Origin: Devosiaceae bacterium
GTDB lineage: Bacteria; Pseudomonadota; Alphaproteobacteria; Rhizobiales; Devosiaceae
DNA: 64,000 nucleotides
Assembly (NCBI GenBank): GCA_021648375.1
Contig: JAKISW010000005.1
Location: 35,161 to 99,160, forward strand
Direction: 5' to 3'
The notes under the pieces are model-generated. The model did not search any database. It was not told the origin of the DNA and saw nothing but the letters and a program-made list of their open reading frames with translations. This document shows, piece by piece, positions 46,452-55,981 of this stretch (within the stretch, counting starts at the first letter, position 1; every line of letters starts with the position of its first letter). The position numbers and the translations under genes were made by a program.

Positions 46452-47201
46452 ATGACCCCGGATGTAACGCAATTGATTGAGTTCTATAAATCTCCCCTTG
46501 GCAATATTGCCCGGGGGCTTGTGCGCGATAAAATCAAGGGTTTTGCTGGAGATGTAAGTGATAAACGGGTGTTGGGGCTTGGCTTTGCCACCCCGTATTT
46601 GAGATTTTGCCTTGGCAGTTCTGAGCGGGTCTTGGCATTTATGCCAGCACGGCAGGGTGCTTCGGCATGGCCTAGGGAGGGGCCATCGGTGACGGCACTT
46701 TGCGATCCTGTTGAAATGCCCCTGACCGATGCGGCAATTGATCTGGTAATTGCGGTACATGGATTTGAACATGTGGGGGATAATGAGGAATTGATGCGCG
46801 AATTATGGCGCATATGCGCACCAAATGCCCAGTTGATTGTGGTTGTGCCAAGGCGGCGCGGCCTTTGGTCAACCAGAGATAATACGCCGTTTGGATTTGG
46901 CAATCCGTTTTCACGCGGGCAACTTGAGCGGTTGATGAAAAACCATTCTTTTGAAGTGGAAAAATGTCATGATGCGCTATACCTGCCCCCAAGCCAGCGC
47001 CCGCTTCTGTTGAAATCGGTAAAGTTTTTTGAGCGGTTTGGTCGATTGCTGGGGCCAACCCTTTCTGGTGTTTTAGTGCTGAGCGCGCGCAAAAAACTAT
47101 TTCCGGCTGTTCCAAGACGCAAGCGCTCCGAGAGATTTGTGCGCATACCGGACTTTGTTCCCCAAACCGCGTTTGAAAATTCTATTGGCGAACAGAAATA
47201 G
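46452..47201 (+). CDS. class I SAM-dependent methyltransferase
   Basis: 249 aa with a Methyltransf_11-like core (VLGLGFATPY..DLVIAVHGFEHV). It is divergent from gloB, a common alphaproteobacterial arrangement. Confidence 0.7.
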   Translation: MTPDVTQLIEFYKSPLGNIARGLVRDKIKGFAGDVSDKRVLGLGFATPYLRFCLGSSERVLAFMPARQGASAWPREGPSVTALCDPVEMPLTDAAIDLVIAVHGFEHVGDNEELMRELWRICAPNAQLIVVVPRRRGLWSTRDNTPFGFGNPFSRGQLERLMKNHSFEVEKCHDALYLPPSQRPLLLKSVKFFERFGRLLGPTLSGVLVLSARKKLFPAVPRRKRSERFVRIPDFVPQTAFENSIGEQK

Positions 47202-47326
47202 TTTAAAAATCAGATATGGATGAATATTTTTCGATAAACATTTCCCGATAAATTTATCTTGGCAAGTAATGACCAGGGCGAGTATGTTCGCGCGCGGTTT
47301 GAACAATATTTAAAGGGTTTTGGAAC

Positions 47327-48412
47327 ATGAGTGAATATCCGGTGCCAAAATCCGGCGTGATGAAAATTTCAGCCTACAAGGCCGGAAAGTCCGTGGCTGC
47401 TCCGGGAAAAACAGCAATAAAACTTTCCTCAAATGAAAGTCCACTGGGAGCAAGTCCAAAAGCGATGGAGGCTCTTGGCGCATTGGCAAAAAACCTGCCT
47501 GCATATCCTGACCCCGGCTCAACTGCATTGCGCAAGGCCTTGGGGGATGTTTATGGACTGGATGCAAGCAGAATAATGGTTGGAGCCGGCTCTGACGAAA
47601 TTTTACACCTGTTGGCTCAGGCTTATCTGGGGGAGGGGGATGAGGCGGTTATTTCAGAGTTTGGTTTTTTGATGTATCCAATTGTAACCCTTGGGGCCGG
47701 AGCCGTACCGGTCTATGCAAAAGACAAGGATTATCGGGTTGATGTGGACGCGATGCTGGCGGCGATCAGCGATAAAACCAAAATTGTTTTTTTGGCCAAT
47801 CCCAACAACCCTACTGGAACCTATCTGGAAAAGAATGAGCTTTTGCGCCTGCATAAGGGGTTGCGCGATGATATTTTGCTGGTGATTGACAGTGCCTATG
47901 CAGAGTATGTGAGCGCGCCTGACTATGGAGTGGGGGATGATCTGGTTATGGCATCACAAAATGTGGTTATGGTCCGCACATTTTCTAAAATCGGGCTGGC
48001 ATCCCTGCGTATTGGCTGGATGCTGGGGCCGGAAAAAATTGTGGATGCAATAAATCGTATTCGCGGTCCGTTTAATGTGAATTTTGCAGCCCAGATTGCT
48101 GGCGAGGCAGCCGTTCGAGATGTTGAATTTACTGAAAAATTAAAGGCTCATAACGCAAAGTGGCGCGATTGGTTGAGCGCTGAATTGAGCGGTAATTCCA
48201 TTCGGGTAATTCCATCCCAGGGGAATTTTATTCTGACTTTGTTTGCAAGTGAGGACCATGCCAAAAAGGCAAATATGGCCTTATTGGCAAATGGTTTGGT
48301 GGTGCGGGAAATGGGCGCCTATGGGTTGAGCAATGGATTAAGAATTTCTATTGGCGAAGAAAAAGCCATGAAGGCGGTGGCAAAAGTTTTAAGAAATATG
48401 GATTTAGCATGA
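47327..48412 (+). CDS. hisC: histidinol-phosphate aminotransferase
   Basis: 361 aa. Blocks IKLSSNESPLG, NPNNPTG and RTFSKIGLASLRIGW (the PLP-lysine region) are present. Confidence 0.9.
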   Translation: MSEYPVPKSGVMKISAYKAGKSVAAPGKTAIKLSSNESPLGASPKAMEALGALAKNLPAYPDPGSTALRKALGDVYGLDASRIMVGAGSDEILHLLAQAYLGEGDEAVISEFGFLMYPIVTLGAGAVPVYAKDKDYRVDVDAMLAAISDKTKIVFLANPNNPTGTYLEKNELLRLHKGLRDDILLVIDSAYAEYVSAPDYGVGDDLVMASQNVVMVRTFSKIGLASLRIGWMLGPEKIVDAINRIRGPFNVNFAAQIAGEAAVRDVEFTEKLKAHNAKWRDWLSAELSGNSIRVIPSQGNFILTLFASEDHAKKANMALLANGLVVREMGAYGLSNGLRISIGEEKAMKAVAKVLRNMDLA

Positions 48413-49353
48413 GTATAATTTTTGAAAAAATGGCATTGATCGGGGTTGGTCTTATTGGCTCTTCGATTGCGCAGGCAGCACGTGCAAAAAATATCGTTGG
48501 TCAGATAAGCGTTGCCACCCGGCGTCAGATCACACTTGATGAGGCCATCTCCATAAATATCGCCGATAGCTATAGTCTGAGCAGCGCCGAGGCCGTTCGG
48601 GATGCTGATCTGGTTGTGCTTTGTACGCCGGTTGGGGCCAGTGAAGCCATTATGAAGGAAATTGCCGGGTCATTAAAGCCGGGGGCGATCCTTAGCGATG
48701 TTGGCTCGGTTAAAGGGCATGTGCAAAATGTAATCGGGCCATTGGTGCCCAAGGGGGTTCATTTTATTCCTGGTCACCCCATGGCGGGGACTGAAAATTC
48801 GGGGCCGCTTTCAGGCTTTGCTGAATTATTTGAAGGGCGCTGGTGCATTCTTACCCCCACAGAAAATACTGATGAGGGAGCGCTGACAAATCTAAAGAAT
48901 TTCTGGATAGCGCTGGGTTCGCAAATTGAAATCATGGACGCAAATCATCATGATCTGGTGGTGGCCATAACCAGTCACGTGCCCCATCTGGTGGCTTATA
49001 ATATTGTGGGGACTGTTGATGATATGGAGACAGTTTCAAAATCGGAAGTGATTAAATTTTCAGCTGGTGGTTTTAGGGATTTTACTCGCATTGCCGCTTC
49101 TGATCCTGTCATGTGGCGGGATGTGTTTTTGACCAATCGGGAAGCTGTTCTGGAAATGCTGGGCAGATTTTTGGAAGATTTGAGCGTGCTGCAACGCGCC
49201 GTCAGGGTGGGAGACGGAGATGCTCTTGAGGAGCTGTTTATGCGCACCAGAGATATCAGACGATCAATAATTGATGCGGGCCAGGAAATTGATGAAGTGG
49301 ATTTTGGACGCACAAATGCCCCTTCAAAAGAAGTGAAGCGGGAAGATAATTAG
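48409..49353 (+). CDS. tyrC: prephenate/arogenate (cyclohexadienyl) dehydrogenase
   Basis: 314 aa with the Rossmann motif IALIGVGLIGSS and the blocks DVGSVK and FIPGHPMAGTE. It overlaps the hisC stop by 4 nt. Confidence 0.85.
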   Translation: MSIIFEKMALIGVGLIGSSIAQAARAKNIVGQISVATRRQITLDEAISINIADSYSLSSAEAVRDADLVVLCTPVGASEAIMKEIAGSLKPGAILSDVGSVKGHVQNVIGPLVPKGVHFIPGHPMAGTENSGPLSGFAELFEGRWCILTPTENTDEGALTNLKNFWIALGSQIEIMDANHHDLVVAITSHVPHLVAYNIVGTVDDMETVSKSEVIKFSAGGFRDFTRIAASDPVMWRDVFLTNREAVLEMLGRFLEDLSVLQRAVRVGDGDALEELFMRTRDIRRSIIDAGQEIDEVDFGRTNAPSKEVKREDN

Positions 49354-49386
49354 CGCTTCAAATAGTTGTCATGGCGCTAGTTTTTT
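49351..49386 (+). terminator. possible terminator hairpin after tyrC
   Basis: TAGCGC (49351-49356) pairs with GCGCTA (49374-49379) and is followed by GTTTTTT. The large 17-nt loop lowers confidence. Confidence 0.4.
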
Positions 49387-49390
49387 GAAA

Positions 49391-49434
49391 TTAGAGCATT
49401 TCCGGTTTTAATTGGATCAAAACCTATGCTCTAA
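49391..49434. repeat. nested hairpin sharing the TTAGAGC..GCTCTAA arms with the 30257 palindrome
   Basis: TTAGAGCAT (49391-49399) pairs with ATGCTCTAA (49426-49434), with an inner stem GGTTTT/AAAACC. The 5' arm TTAGAGCATTTCC compares with TTAGAGCGTTTCG at 30258. Confidence 0.6.
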
Positions 49435-49492
49435 GTCTTTGTTTTATCGCGGTTTCGAACCGGATAACCGGCCCACTTATCCTGAAAACGTT

Positions 49493-50461
49493 CTAGCGCA
49501 ATGGGGCAAGGGTCAGTAAGGGAAGATTTCCAGCCAGCACCACCCCATGGCGCACAGCATAGGATTGATAGCGGGTACCATCTTCATTTAGCTGTCCAAA
49601 TGCCACATCCTGGCCTGTCTCATCGAGAAAGGATTTAAAGCGCGTGTTAAGGTTTTTGGAGGTGAAGTCAAAATCACCATTGGGCATGGCTTGTGCGGTT
49701 GTCGTTAGGTTTCCCAGAATTGAAAAAGAAGAGCTTTCATCGCTTCCTTCAAATTCCAATACATCAATGCCGGTTTGATTTTCAAACCAGTTGCTGGAAA
49801 TATTTGCCAATGTCCACAATCTAAGATCATCAGGCATGGCTGAAACTGTCGCCTGTGCTTGAATAGACGCACTTGCAATTGCAATTTCAGGCACCTCTAT
49901 ATCGGAGAGAGTGGCAAAGATACCAAAAGATTGAAGTTTTTTATCTTCGTCGTAAATGTCGGGATCATCAATCAGATGCATGTTTATCTGACTGGAGCTG
50001 GCGATCAGGGTCTGACCTACGATGGTATCAACCAGTTCAATATTTTCTCCCTCAACCGAAACTCTGGCAAGTGACCAACCGTTCGTGCGCACGCTGGCGC
50101 GAAGGCTGTTCCAGCTAACTTGACGTTTTGAGCCGGAAAAAATATTTTCCATTACCGCTGGGCCCTCGGCAAATATAAGAGCATGGGTGGGGCGATAGAC
50201 CAGGACTGTTACCGTGATTTCAGGGATATTCAGACTGGAATCCAGAGAATTTATGCTGAGGTTGGTGCAGGTGATATCAAATCTGAAGGGAAACCCTAAA
50301 ACATTAAACTGCTCGCAATTTAACTGTTGTGTCGTGTTTGCAGTGCTGGCAAAAAGTGAATTGGCTTCGGCGTCTATGCGTTGAGCCGCATATACCCAAG
50401 CCGCGGACCAACCAGCGACAATTACAATTATAAAAATCATCAGGAATAAAAATTTTTTCAT
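49493..50461 (-). CDS. DUF2125 domain-containing protein
   Basis: 322 aa with an N-terminal membrane anchor MKKFLFLMIFIIVIVAGWSAAWVYAA. Its position after hisC-tyrC is typical of the alphaproteobacterial DUF2125 family (from memory). Confidence 0.65.
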   Translation of the reverse strand: MKKFLFLMIFIIVIVAGWSAAWVYAAQRIDAEANSLFASTANTTQQLNCEQFNVLGFPFRFDITCTNLSINSLDSSLNIPEITVTVLVYRPTHALIFAEGPAVMENIFSGSKRQVSWNSLRASVRTNGWSLARVSVEGENIELVDTIVGQTLIASSSQINMHLIDDPDIYDEDKKLQSFGIFATLSDIEVPEIAIASASIQAQATVSAMPDDLRLWTLANISSNWFENQTGIDVLEFEGSDESSSFSILGNLTTTAQAMPNGDFDFTSKNLNTRFKSFLDETGQDVAFGQLNEDGTRYQSYAVRHGVVLAGNLPLLTLAPLR

Positions 50462-50627
50462 TTCTGGTTGGCCTTTCGCACGAAATTTTTAATTATAAGT
50501 GATGTTCGAATTTTTACTATTTGAGGTTTGTTGAAGGCAATGTAAACCTAAATCGGACCCAATATTGCAAGTTTTGATTTGCAGGGCTAAGGCGCAACCA
50601 ATTTGGATATTAAGAATTGAACAAAGA

Positions 50628-51170
50628 ATGAAACGATCACATTCCAAATGGGTATTTGGCTATGGTTCCCTTATCTGGAGGACGGGGTTTGAATATATTT
50701 CAGATCAAAGTGCTTTGCTTCCCGGGTATCATCGATCCTTGTGCATTTATTCGGTTCGTTATCGCGGAACCCCAAAAAGACCGGGACTTGTATTTGGGTT
50801 GGTACCCGGTGGAAGTTGTGAGGGGCGGGCGTTTGAAATAAAAGCCAGCGAATGGGATGGGGTTTTGCAATATTTGCTGGAAAGGGAGGGCGACGTTTAT
50901 CACGAAATGACCAAGCAAGTGCATTTATCAGATGGGCGCAAAGTTAATGCTTTGACATTTGTGGCTGACCCTAATCATGAGCAATATGCCGGTCGCTTAA
51001 ATATGGAAAAACAATTGGCCCTTGTGGATGGGGCAAGTGGGGATACGGGATGTAATCGTGATTATGTTTTTAACACTTTGCGCCATTTTAAGGATCTGGG
51101 AATTAACGACAAATATCTTTTCAGCCTTGGAGAAAAACTTAACTCCAGAATCAGCAAAGCAAAATCTTAG
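50628..51170 (+). CDS. chaC: gamma-glutamylcyclotransferase (ChaC family)
   Basis: WVFGYGSLIW..PGYHRSLC....RGT...PGLVFGL..GGSC.G.AF is the ChaC pattern. The start was set at ATG 50628. Confidence 0.8.
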   Translation: MKRSHSKWVFGYGSLIWRTGFEYISDQSALLPGYHRSLCIYSVRYRGTPKRPGLVFGLVPGGSCEGRAFEIKASEWDGVLQYLLEREGDVYHEMTKQVHLSDGRKVNALTFVADPNHEQYAGRLNMEKQLALVDGASGDTGCNRDYVFNTLRHFKDLGINDKYLFSLGEKLNSRISKAKS

Positions 51171-51282
51171 AATAGCTTTCAAACGTTAGATAGGTTTTCG
51201 TTTGCGGGTCAATCCGTACGGATCATGTTTTACGCCGACGCGGGCTTTGTTGTGCCTCACGCCGGCGGGATGGAAAAATTGT

Positions 51283-51732
51283 TTAGGCAGCAAAGGATTT
51301 TGGGTTCAAATGACCGGCCAGCAAATCTGAAATCAGGCCTACCCGCTGATAATCATGGCGAGGGCAGGGAATTTTATAAGCTGCTGTTGCAAGTTTAATG
51401 GCCTGACGGAATTGGGCCCGGCTAACGCTGTCTTCAATAAGGTCACTGGCACCACCAATCCAGACGGCGCGATTATTCAATACCAGTAGATAAACACTGG
51501 TATCACTGAGAACAAAATCCTTAAGACCTATCTCTTCAACTGAGTAGCATTTTCCCGTTCCGCCCTGCCAATTTGTCAAATGAATTGAATCAGAGCGAGC
51601 GGAATCAGATGCCAAATCACGATTGCTGGCGAATGAAGATGGTTTAATGGATGAAGGGTTTATGGAATTGGTGAAAATTGCTGCGACATTTTTGGATTCG
51701 TGCGCAATACGAAAGCTTGGATGTGACGACAT
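51283..51732 (-). CDS. hypothetical protein
   Basis: The start was set at ATG 51732, preceded by AAGGGGG. It has a Ser-rich N-terminal half and a C-terminal ~90 aa containing W.GGTGK.Y...VYLLVLNNRAVWIGGASDL. No family is recognised with confidence. Confidence 0.5.
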   Translation of the reverse strand: MSSHPSFRIAHESKNVAAIFTNSINPSSIKPSSFASNRDLASDSARSDSIHLTNWQGGTGKCYSVEEIGLKDFVLSDTSVYLLVLNNRAVWIGGASDLIEDSVSRAQFRQAIKLATAAYKIPCPRHDYQRVGLISDLLAGHLNPKSFAA

Positions 51733-51879
51733 GCTGCCCCCTTTAACATTTACCTTAATAACTGACCCCGTAGAACAAATAAAGAACAAAGTTCATAAAA
51801 AGTCAATAGCAAATATCGCCCCCAGCGACATGTATGGGGGCAGCTATAAATAATGTCAACATATAGTAGGAAACTTTAT

Positions 51880-52668
51880 TTATCGGGCTTTCTCGATACG
51901 GGCCCTGAAGTCGGCATCAATGGGGCGGGACAGCCCTTCATCAACGGCATCCAGGACCAGTTTTCTGGAGCTGGCGTCAATTGCCTCAATCATTTTTTCG
52001 TGCAATTCCTTGGCTGGCAGGCCTGGCATTATGGCTGGCAATATTTCGAATTTAGCGGTTCCTGGCCAAAGTATCAATGAATTGCGCCCCCAAAACAGGC
52101 CGGAATTAAGAGCTACCGGCACAACAGGAACACTGAGGTCTTCATAAAGTTTGGCGGTTCCGAAACGAAAGTTTGGTGGTGCCAGGGGGGCTTTACGAGT
52201 GCCCTCGGGGAAGATAAAAATATTTTGCCCGTTTTTAATCCGATTGCGACCCTGTTCAATAAGGTCGCGAAGGGCGGTGCTTTTTTTCTTGCGATCCACA
52301 GAAATTGTACCCATGGCACGAATAACTGTGCCTAAAAGTGGAACTCTAAAAAGCTCGATTTTTGAGATGAAGGCCGGATCGCCAAGATTTGGATAAAGGG
52401 CAATTGTATCCAGATCAGATTGGTGTTTGCTGGCCACGATGCACGGGGTGGCGGGGAGATTTTCCAGTCCGGTGATTTTGATTTTTATTCCCACCGTCAA
52501 AAACAATAATATGCCAGTGGTTTTGGCCCAGATATTGGCAATTGCTCTGGCAATTTTTTGTGACCAAGGGGGAATAAGCGCGCCAATGGAGGCAATCGTT
52601 GATAGAATCAGGGTGGTGATGAAAAAAAGCAGATAAAAAATGGCGGAACGAATAGCCTGAACAATCAT
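51880..52668 (-). CDS. plsC: 1-acyl-sn-glycerol-3-phosphate acyltransferase
   Basis: 262 aa with an N-terminal TM segment, the HX4D motif (ASKHQSDLD) and the FPEGTR motif. Confidence 0.85.
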   Translation of the reverse strand: MIVQAIRSAIFYLLFFITTLILSTIASIGALIPPWSQKIARAIANIWAKTTGILLFLTVGIKIKITGLENLPATPCIVASKHQSDLDTIALYPNLGDPAFISKIELFRVPLLGTVIRAMGTISVDRKKKSTALRDLIEQGRNRIKNGQNIFIFPEGTRKAPLAPPNFRFGTAKLYEDLSVPVVPVALNSGLFWGRNSLILWPGTAKFEILPAIMPGLPAKELHEKMIEAIDASSRKLVLDAVDEGLSRPIDADFRARIEKAR

Positions 52669-52801
52669 GTTTTAGTCTCCGGCATATTTTTATTATAAAT
52701 ACCCCTCCTAAATCTAGGGGTAGGAAAACTCCAGATAGACGTTTTTGATCCAAAATGCCACTTCAAATACGGGCAAAAAGAAATTCTCTTTTAAAAATTT
52801 G

Positions 52802-53728
52802 CTATGAAGTGTTGCGCAAAAAGCTTTGCACAGTCAGTCTGGAAGTGACGGCCGTTAATGCAGAAATTGCCGGAACCAACAAGGAAACGGCAATAATTCC
52901 CTCAAACCCCAAAGAAAATGTTCCAAATAAAGCGCCAAGCTGTGCGCCGGATTGGTCAGGCAGTATGGAGGAGACGGCAATTCCCGCCCCAAAGAAAAAC
53001 AACAGGGAAGCAACGGCTCCGGCTATACTTCCGCGCAGGCCAATCCGTAAAAAACGCCCCTGAAATTCACCGGCAATGAATGAGTTTGATGCTCCGATAA
53101 AATGCAAAACATCAACAATGGCTCTGTTTGAGGACATGGTGCCACGGGTGGCAAAAATAATCGCCAGCACGGTTGCTGATGCAATGAGAAACAAAACCAG
53201 CAAGCCTGAAATTACAAAAGTTCCAGCCATGGTGTTTAATTGCTGACGCCAGGCGGCGTGGGTATTTAAGGAAGCTCCGGCAATTGTTTCAATACTGGCC
53301 TTTAACTGGGCAATATCCTGTGCGTCAGCTCTGTCCAGCTCAACAATTATCAGGCGTGGAACGGGCAGGGCAGAAAGATCCAGCCCTTCTCCAAGCCAGG
53401 GTATTAAAAGCTCTTCACTTTCATCAAGGGAAAGGGCAAAGGCTTTGGAAACTCCGGCAGCGCTGTTGGCAAGGGTTATGGCGGTACGAACATTGCTTTG
53501 CATTACTTCGCCCTCAATCGGGCGGATTTGAATGGTGACTTCGCGTCCCACTTCGCTGGACCAGGCAATTGCTGATTTTTGCACCAGCACGACTGCGCCA
53601 AGGGTTACTCCGGACAAAAAGGTCATTATGGTGATCAATAACATCAGGGTTCGTCCTGAAACCGAATGGGACGGGACGATTGAGCTGGTTTTTTTATGAT
53701 TATTGAAATTTTTTTCAGGAGCCATCAA
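52802..53728 (-). CDS. ftsX: cell division ABC transporter permease-like protein FtsX
   Basis: 308 aa with four TM segments and a large periplasmic loop. It overlaps the ftsE stop. Confidence 0.8.
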   Translation of the reverse strand: MMAPEKNFNNHKKTSSIVPSHSVSGRTLMLLITIMTFLSGVTLGAVVLVQKSAIAWSSEVGREVTIQIRPIEGEVMQSNVRTAITLANSAAGVSKAFALSLDESEELLIPWLGEGLDLSALPVPRLIIVELDRADAQDIAQLKASIETIAGASLNTHAAWRQQLNTMAGTFVISGLLVLFLIASATVLAIIFATRGTMSSNRAIVDVLHFIGASNSFIAGEFQGRFLRIGLRGSIAGAVASLLFFFGAGIAVSSILPDQSGAQLGALFGTFSLGFEGIIAVSLLVPAISALTAVTSRLTVQSFLRNTS

Positions 53729-54377
53729 TCTTTAACCTGCCGTTGGAAAGCTGCATTCGCGGATACTTGAATTTATCCAGCAATGGTAATTCATGGGTGG
53801 CAATTATAATGGTCGTTCCCATCCTGTTTAATTCAGCAAACAGATGCAAAAGTCTTTCGGCCAGCTCCGGGTCAACGTTTCCCGTTGGCTCATCGGCCAA
53901 AAGAATGTCGGGGCGCCCGATCACGGCGCGGGCAATGGCGGCTCGCTGCTTTTCCCCTCCAGACAACAGGGGCGGGTGGGCATCTATGCGCTCACCAAGA
54001 CCTACCCATTCCAGTAATTCTTTGACATTACTTGCATATTCACTTTCAGACTGGCCTAAAACCCTTAGGGGAAGTGCTACATTTTCAAAGGTTGTCAGGT
54101 GATCGAGCAGGCGAAATTCCTGAAAAACAATGCCGATATGGCGGCGCAACTGCAAAAGCCGGTCCTGATTTAGACGGCTCACCTTCTCACCAAACATGGT
54201 GATTTTGCCGGTTGTGGGGCGAAGGGAGAGTAAAAACAGGCGCAGCAATGAGGTCTTCCCTGCGCCGGAGGGGCCGGTCAGGAAATGGAAAGAGCCGGGT
54301 TTGATGGAAAATGAAAGGTTTTTCAACACCTCTGGCTCATTACCATATGCCAAGCCGACATTTTCAAATCTGATCAA
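53715..54377 (-). CDS. ftsE: cell division ATP-binding protein FtsE
   Basis: 220 aa. Motifs: MIRFENVGLAY, Walker A GPSGAGKTS, signature LSGGEKQR, Walker B LLADEPTGNVD. Confidence 0.9.
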   Translation of the reverse strand: MIRFENVGLAYGNEPEVLKNLSFSIKPGSFHFLTGPSGAGKTSLLRLFLLSLRPTTGKITMFGEKVSRLNQDRLLQLRRHIGIVFQEFRLLDHLTTFENVALPLRVLGQSESEYASNVKELLEWVGLGERIDAHPPLLSGGEKQRAAIARAVIGRPDILLADEPTGNVDPELAERLLHLFAELNRMGTTIIIATHELPLLDKFKYPRMQLSNGRLKIDGS

Positions 54378-54637
54378 GCGGAAAAGCCTTTCGAATCAAT
54401 GGTTCATATTTGATATATTGCCATGCCTGAACGATGATCGCGAGAACATGGTGTTCAAAAAAGAAATATTAGCAGTTGTATTTTTTGCCGCGCTAAAAAT
54501 TCCTGATAGCTCAAATTTTAACTGGTTCTAAACCCTATATTTCATTTGGCCGGGTTTGAAGTATCTGGCCAAGGTTTTAGTGAACTGAAAATGCCTTGTT
54601 TGGGGAGTATTAACGTCATGGGGCTACACCTTTTATC

Positions 54638-55474
54638 GTGAACGAGCAAGCAAACATAACAGGCAGCATAATAATATGCCCAAATTGCGCAGCGCAATTT
54701 CAGGTGGCCCACGATTTAATAGGTAAATCGGGCCGCAAAGTGCGCTGTGCCAATTGCCAGAAGGATTGGCGGGCATTTGCTGAACAGGCCAGCGACGGGC
54801 AAAACCAACCCGGCGGTGCCCAAAAGCATGAAGACAAGAAAGAAAAAACTAACGAAGATGAAATGGATGCGGAATTTGAGGCGTTAGAAAAAGAAAACCA
54901 ACCGCCAGAACCATTGAAGCAAAGTGAGAAAAACCATCAAAAAAGCCTAAAGGAAAAATCATCAGACAAACTTAGTAAATCTGCACAGCAAAGAGCCGAC
55001 ATGGAGTGGCGTAAAAGCGCTATAAACCGCACTATGCCGCGCGCAAAAATGCGTCGGGCCGTAAGAATTGCAGGTACTGTGGTTTTTACATTGCTAATTC
55101 TTTCTGTGGTGATTTTTAGAGGCAATATTGTTCGTGCTTTTCCCGACCTTGCCGGCGTTTATCAATCCATCGGTTTGGGGGTTAATGTGGTCGGGTTGGA
55201 GTTTTCAAAAGTGGAAACCCTGAAAAGCCTGAATGATGGGGGGAATATTCTTTATATTACCGCTGAGATAAATTCGGTGAGTTCGGGGCAGGTAAATGTG
55301 CCACGAGTGATGATTTCTCTACTGGATGAGGATGGGATATCTGTTTTTGACTGGAGTGTAACATTAAAGGAAACAACTATTATGCCGGGGGGATGGATTG
55401 CGCTGCACACCCAGTTAAGTTCTCCTCCCCCGGATTCGCGCTCGGTTCGCCTGGCGTTTGAAAGTATAGACTAG
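54638..55474 (+). CDS. MJ0042-type zinc-ribbon / DUF3426 protein
   Basis: GTG start. It has an N-terminal CPNC..18 aa..CANC zinc ribbon, a charged linker, one TM segment and a C-terminal DUF3426-like domain. Confidence 0.75.
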   Translation: MNEQANITGSIIICPNCAAQFQVAHDLIGKSGRKVRCANCQKDWRAFAEQASDGQNQPGGAQKHEDKKEKTNEDEMDAEFEALEKENQPPEPLKQSEKNHQKSLKEKSSDKLSKSAQQRADMEWRKSAINRTMPRAKMRRAVRIAGTVVFTLLILSVVIFRGNIVRAFPDLAGVYQSIGLGVNVVGLEFSKVETLKSLNDGGNILYITAEINSVSSGQVNVPRVMISLLDEDGISVFDWSVTLKETTIMPGGWIALHTQLSSPPPDSRSVRLAFESID

Positions 55475-55546
55475 GGCCGGTTCAGGTTCAGGTTTCTAGA
55501 CTTAAAAAAAATATCGCAAATTAAAAAAATAAGTATGGAGTAAATA

Positions 55547-55963
55547 ATGGCGCGAATATTGGTTGCTGAAGATGATGACAATGTACGACTGTTTGTCGTG
55601 CTGGCCTTGCGCCATGCCGGGCATGAAGTGGTTGAGGCTTCGGATGGTGGATTGGCGGCTGAAATCCTTATGGAAGAACAGGGCAATTTTGAATTGTTAT
55701 TATCTGATGTGAAAATGCCGGTTATGGATGGAATTGCACTGGCTCTGGAAGTTGGGGCCAACTATCCACAATTGCCCATATTGCTAATGACCGGGTTTGC
55801 CGATCAGCGCGAAAGGGCCCATGGGCTTGATCAACTGGTTTATGATGTTATTTCCAAGCCGTTTGCCATGGCAGACTTGCTGGAAAAGGTCTCAGATGCC
55901 CTGATAGGAAAACCGGTTGAAATACTTTCCCTGTCCCGACAGATGATAAACAAAGCCGGATAG
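55547..55963 (+). CDS. cpdR: single-domain response regulator, CpdR-like
   Basis: 138 aa (MARILVAEDDDNVR..LLSDVKMPVMDG..SKPF). The synteny with ftsEX and the zinc-ribbon gene matches alphaproteobacterial cpdR. The symbol is an inference. Confidence 0.6.
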   Translation: MARILVAEDDDNVRLFVVLALRHAGHEVVEASDGGLAAEILMEEQGNFELLLSDVKMPVMDGIALALEVGANYPQLPILLMTGFADQRERAHGLDQLVYDVISKPFAMADLLEKVSDALIGKPVEILSLSRQMINKAG

Positions 55964-55981
55964 GTTGGGGGGAGATTTAGG

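Noticed and set aside
52755-54531. Plus-strand ORFs 52755-53063, 53743-54102 and 54196-54531 opposite ftsX/ftsE.
   Set aside because: These are antisense shadows of clearly recognisable ftsX and ftsE, with no start context or family features.
55472-55496. TAGGGCCGGTTCAGGTTCAGGTTTC after the zinc-ribbon gene stop (TAGGG start plus GGTTCA tandem hexamers).
   Set aside because: It shares only TAGGG with the repeat core. The hexamer repeat has just two full units. The evidence is insufficient to link it to the element or to assign a regulatory role for the cpdR-like gene.
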